Source: Chiloscyllium plagiosum
Taxonomy: Eukaryota
Length of the DNA stretch: 64,000 bases
Direction: 5' to 3'
Assembly: GCF_004010195.1 (NCBI RefSeq)
Contig: NC_057753.1
Coordinates: 2,271,285-2,335,284, forward strand
Shown: positions 62,975-64,000 of the stretch, piece by piece
Layout of the letters: every line of letters starts with the position of its first letter
How positions within the stretch are numbered: position 1 is the first letter of the stretch
Notes under the pieces: model-generated
Database searches by the model: none
The model's input: only the letters and a program-made list of their open reading frames with translations
What the model was told of the DNA's origin: nothing
Translations under genes and position numbers: made by a program

Positions 62975-64000
62975 TCCTCAATTATGTAAAGTGGGATAGA
63001 GTGTCCAATGAAGAGTGGTGAAGTCATACTAGGAGTGCTAGGCAAACTTTCAGTTCCAGGAATACAAATTGTCCTTGCTAATGATCTAGCTGATTCACCG
63101 GTAGGAGTGCTGCCTACAGTGGGTGAAATGCCAGTCAAAACTCAGGCAACTGAAATATTGCAGGACTCATATCCTGGGACTTTTCCTGACTGTGTAGTAA
63201 CAAGGCCAGAAAGTCACCAGTTGAAACAGGAGAAATTAAAGCGTACAGATAAGGAAGTTGGAGTGGAATTAGCAGAGACCTTATTTGATCAGAAAGTTGA
63301 GACAAGCCAGGAGCAGATAGGTGGCAATGCAGACATTTTTTATCTCGGATAAATTAAATGACTTACAGGAGAAAGATGAACATTTAAAGCCATTGCATCA
63401 AAAGGAATGCACAGAAAAATAATCCGAACGTATTCCTGAAAGTTATGATCATAAAAATGATATCTTAATAAGGAAATGGAGACCATCACATATTCAGGTA
63501 TACGAGAAATGGGCAGACTTTCATCAAGTCATTTTCCCAGTGGGTTTTCGGAAGTAGGTGTTGCGAGTAGTGCATGAGCTACCACCGGTTTATTTAGGAG
63601 TGAGAAAAACTCATGCTAAAATACAAAAAAAACATTTTTACTGTCCTGGACAGCACAAGGATACAACTGAATTTTGCCTGACATGTCAAACATGGAAAAT
63701 CACAGGCAGTAATAAAACCCGTACTTTTAATATCTATTCCTGCTTTTGAGGAACATTTTACAAGAGTTTTAATTGATGTGGAGCGACGTGCGCGCTAGAT
63801 TTCCAGAGGCACAATATCACAGCTAAAACGATTGTACAGGATGTCTCAAAATTTTCAATAGATACGGACCACTGACAGAGATACAGTCAGATCAATGGTC
63901 AAACTTCACATCAAGATTATTCACGGAAGTTGTAGACAGCTTTGGAATAAAACAATTCAAATCTACTGCATATCATTCCGAGTAACAGGGGGTGCTAGAA
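62975..64000 (+). mobile_element. Gypsy LTR retrotransposon remnant (protease end followed by integrase)
   Basis: PGIQIVLANDLA, FPDCVVTR, VLRVVHE..LGVRKT..HFYCPG..FCLTCQT, IQSDQ, GIKQFKSTAYH. Frameshifted and runs off the window. Confidence 0.75.

Overview
Repeat-dense eukaryotic DNA, most likely from a cartilaginous fish (shark). This is inferred from HE1-type SINEs, CR1/HER1-type LINEs and the gene families present. There are three N-gaps (6258-6505, 15945-15989, 20358-20598). Host genes: a 9-finger C2H2 zinc-finger ORF (27669-28433) with decayed fingers on both sides and an upstream CCAAT/PBX-type promoter module. There is also a cluster of two-exon GPR139/GPR142-like class A GPCR genes in three states: intact (minus strand), TM7-deleted (plus strand, in an inverted segmental duplicate) and an orphan exon 1. 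The first 11 kb is a large inverted duplication with a patchwork of near-identical and diverged blocks. Mobile DNA includes nested CR1 LINEs (one with twin-priming-like 5' inversion geometry), Penelope-like remnants and hairpins carrying minimal hammerhead-ribozyme motifs, solo LTRs, a decayed retrovirus-like pol with two RNase H-like regions, and a Gypsy remnant with Gmr1-like domain order. Repeat boundaries were read by eye and are approximate unless a TSD is quoted.
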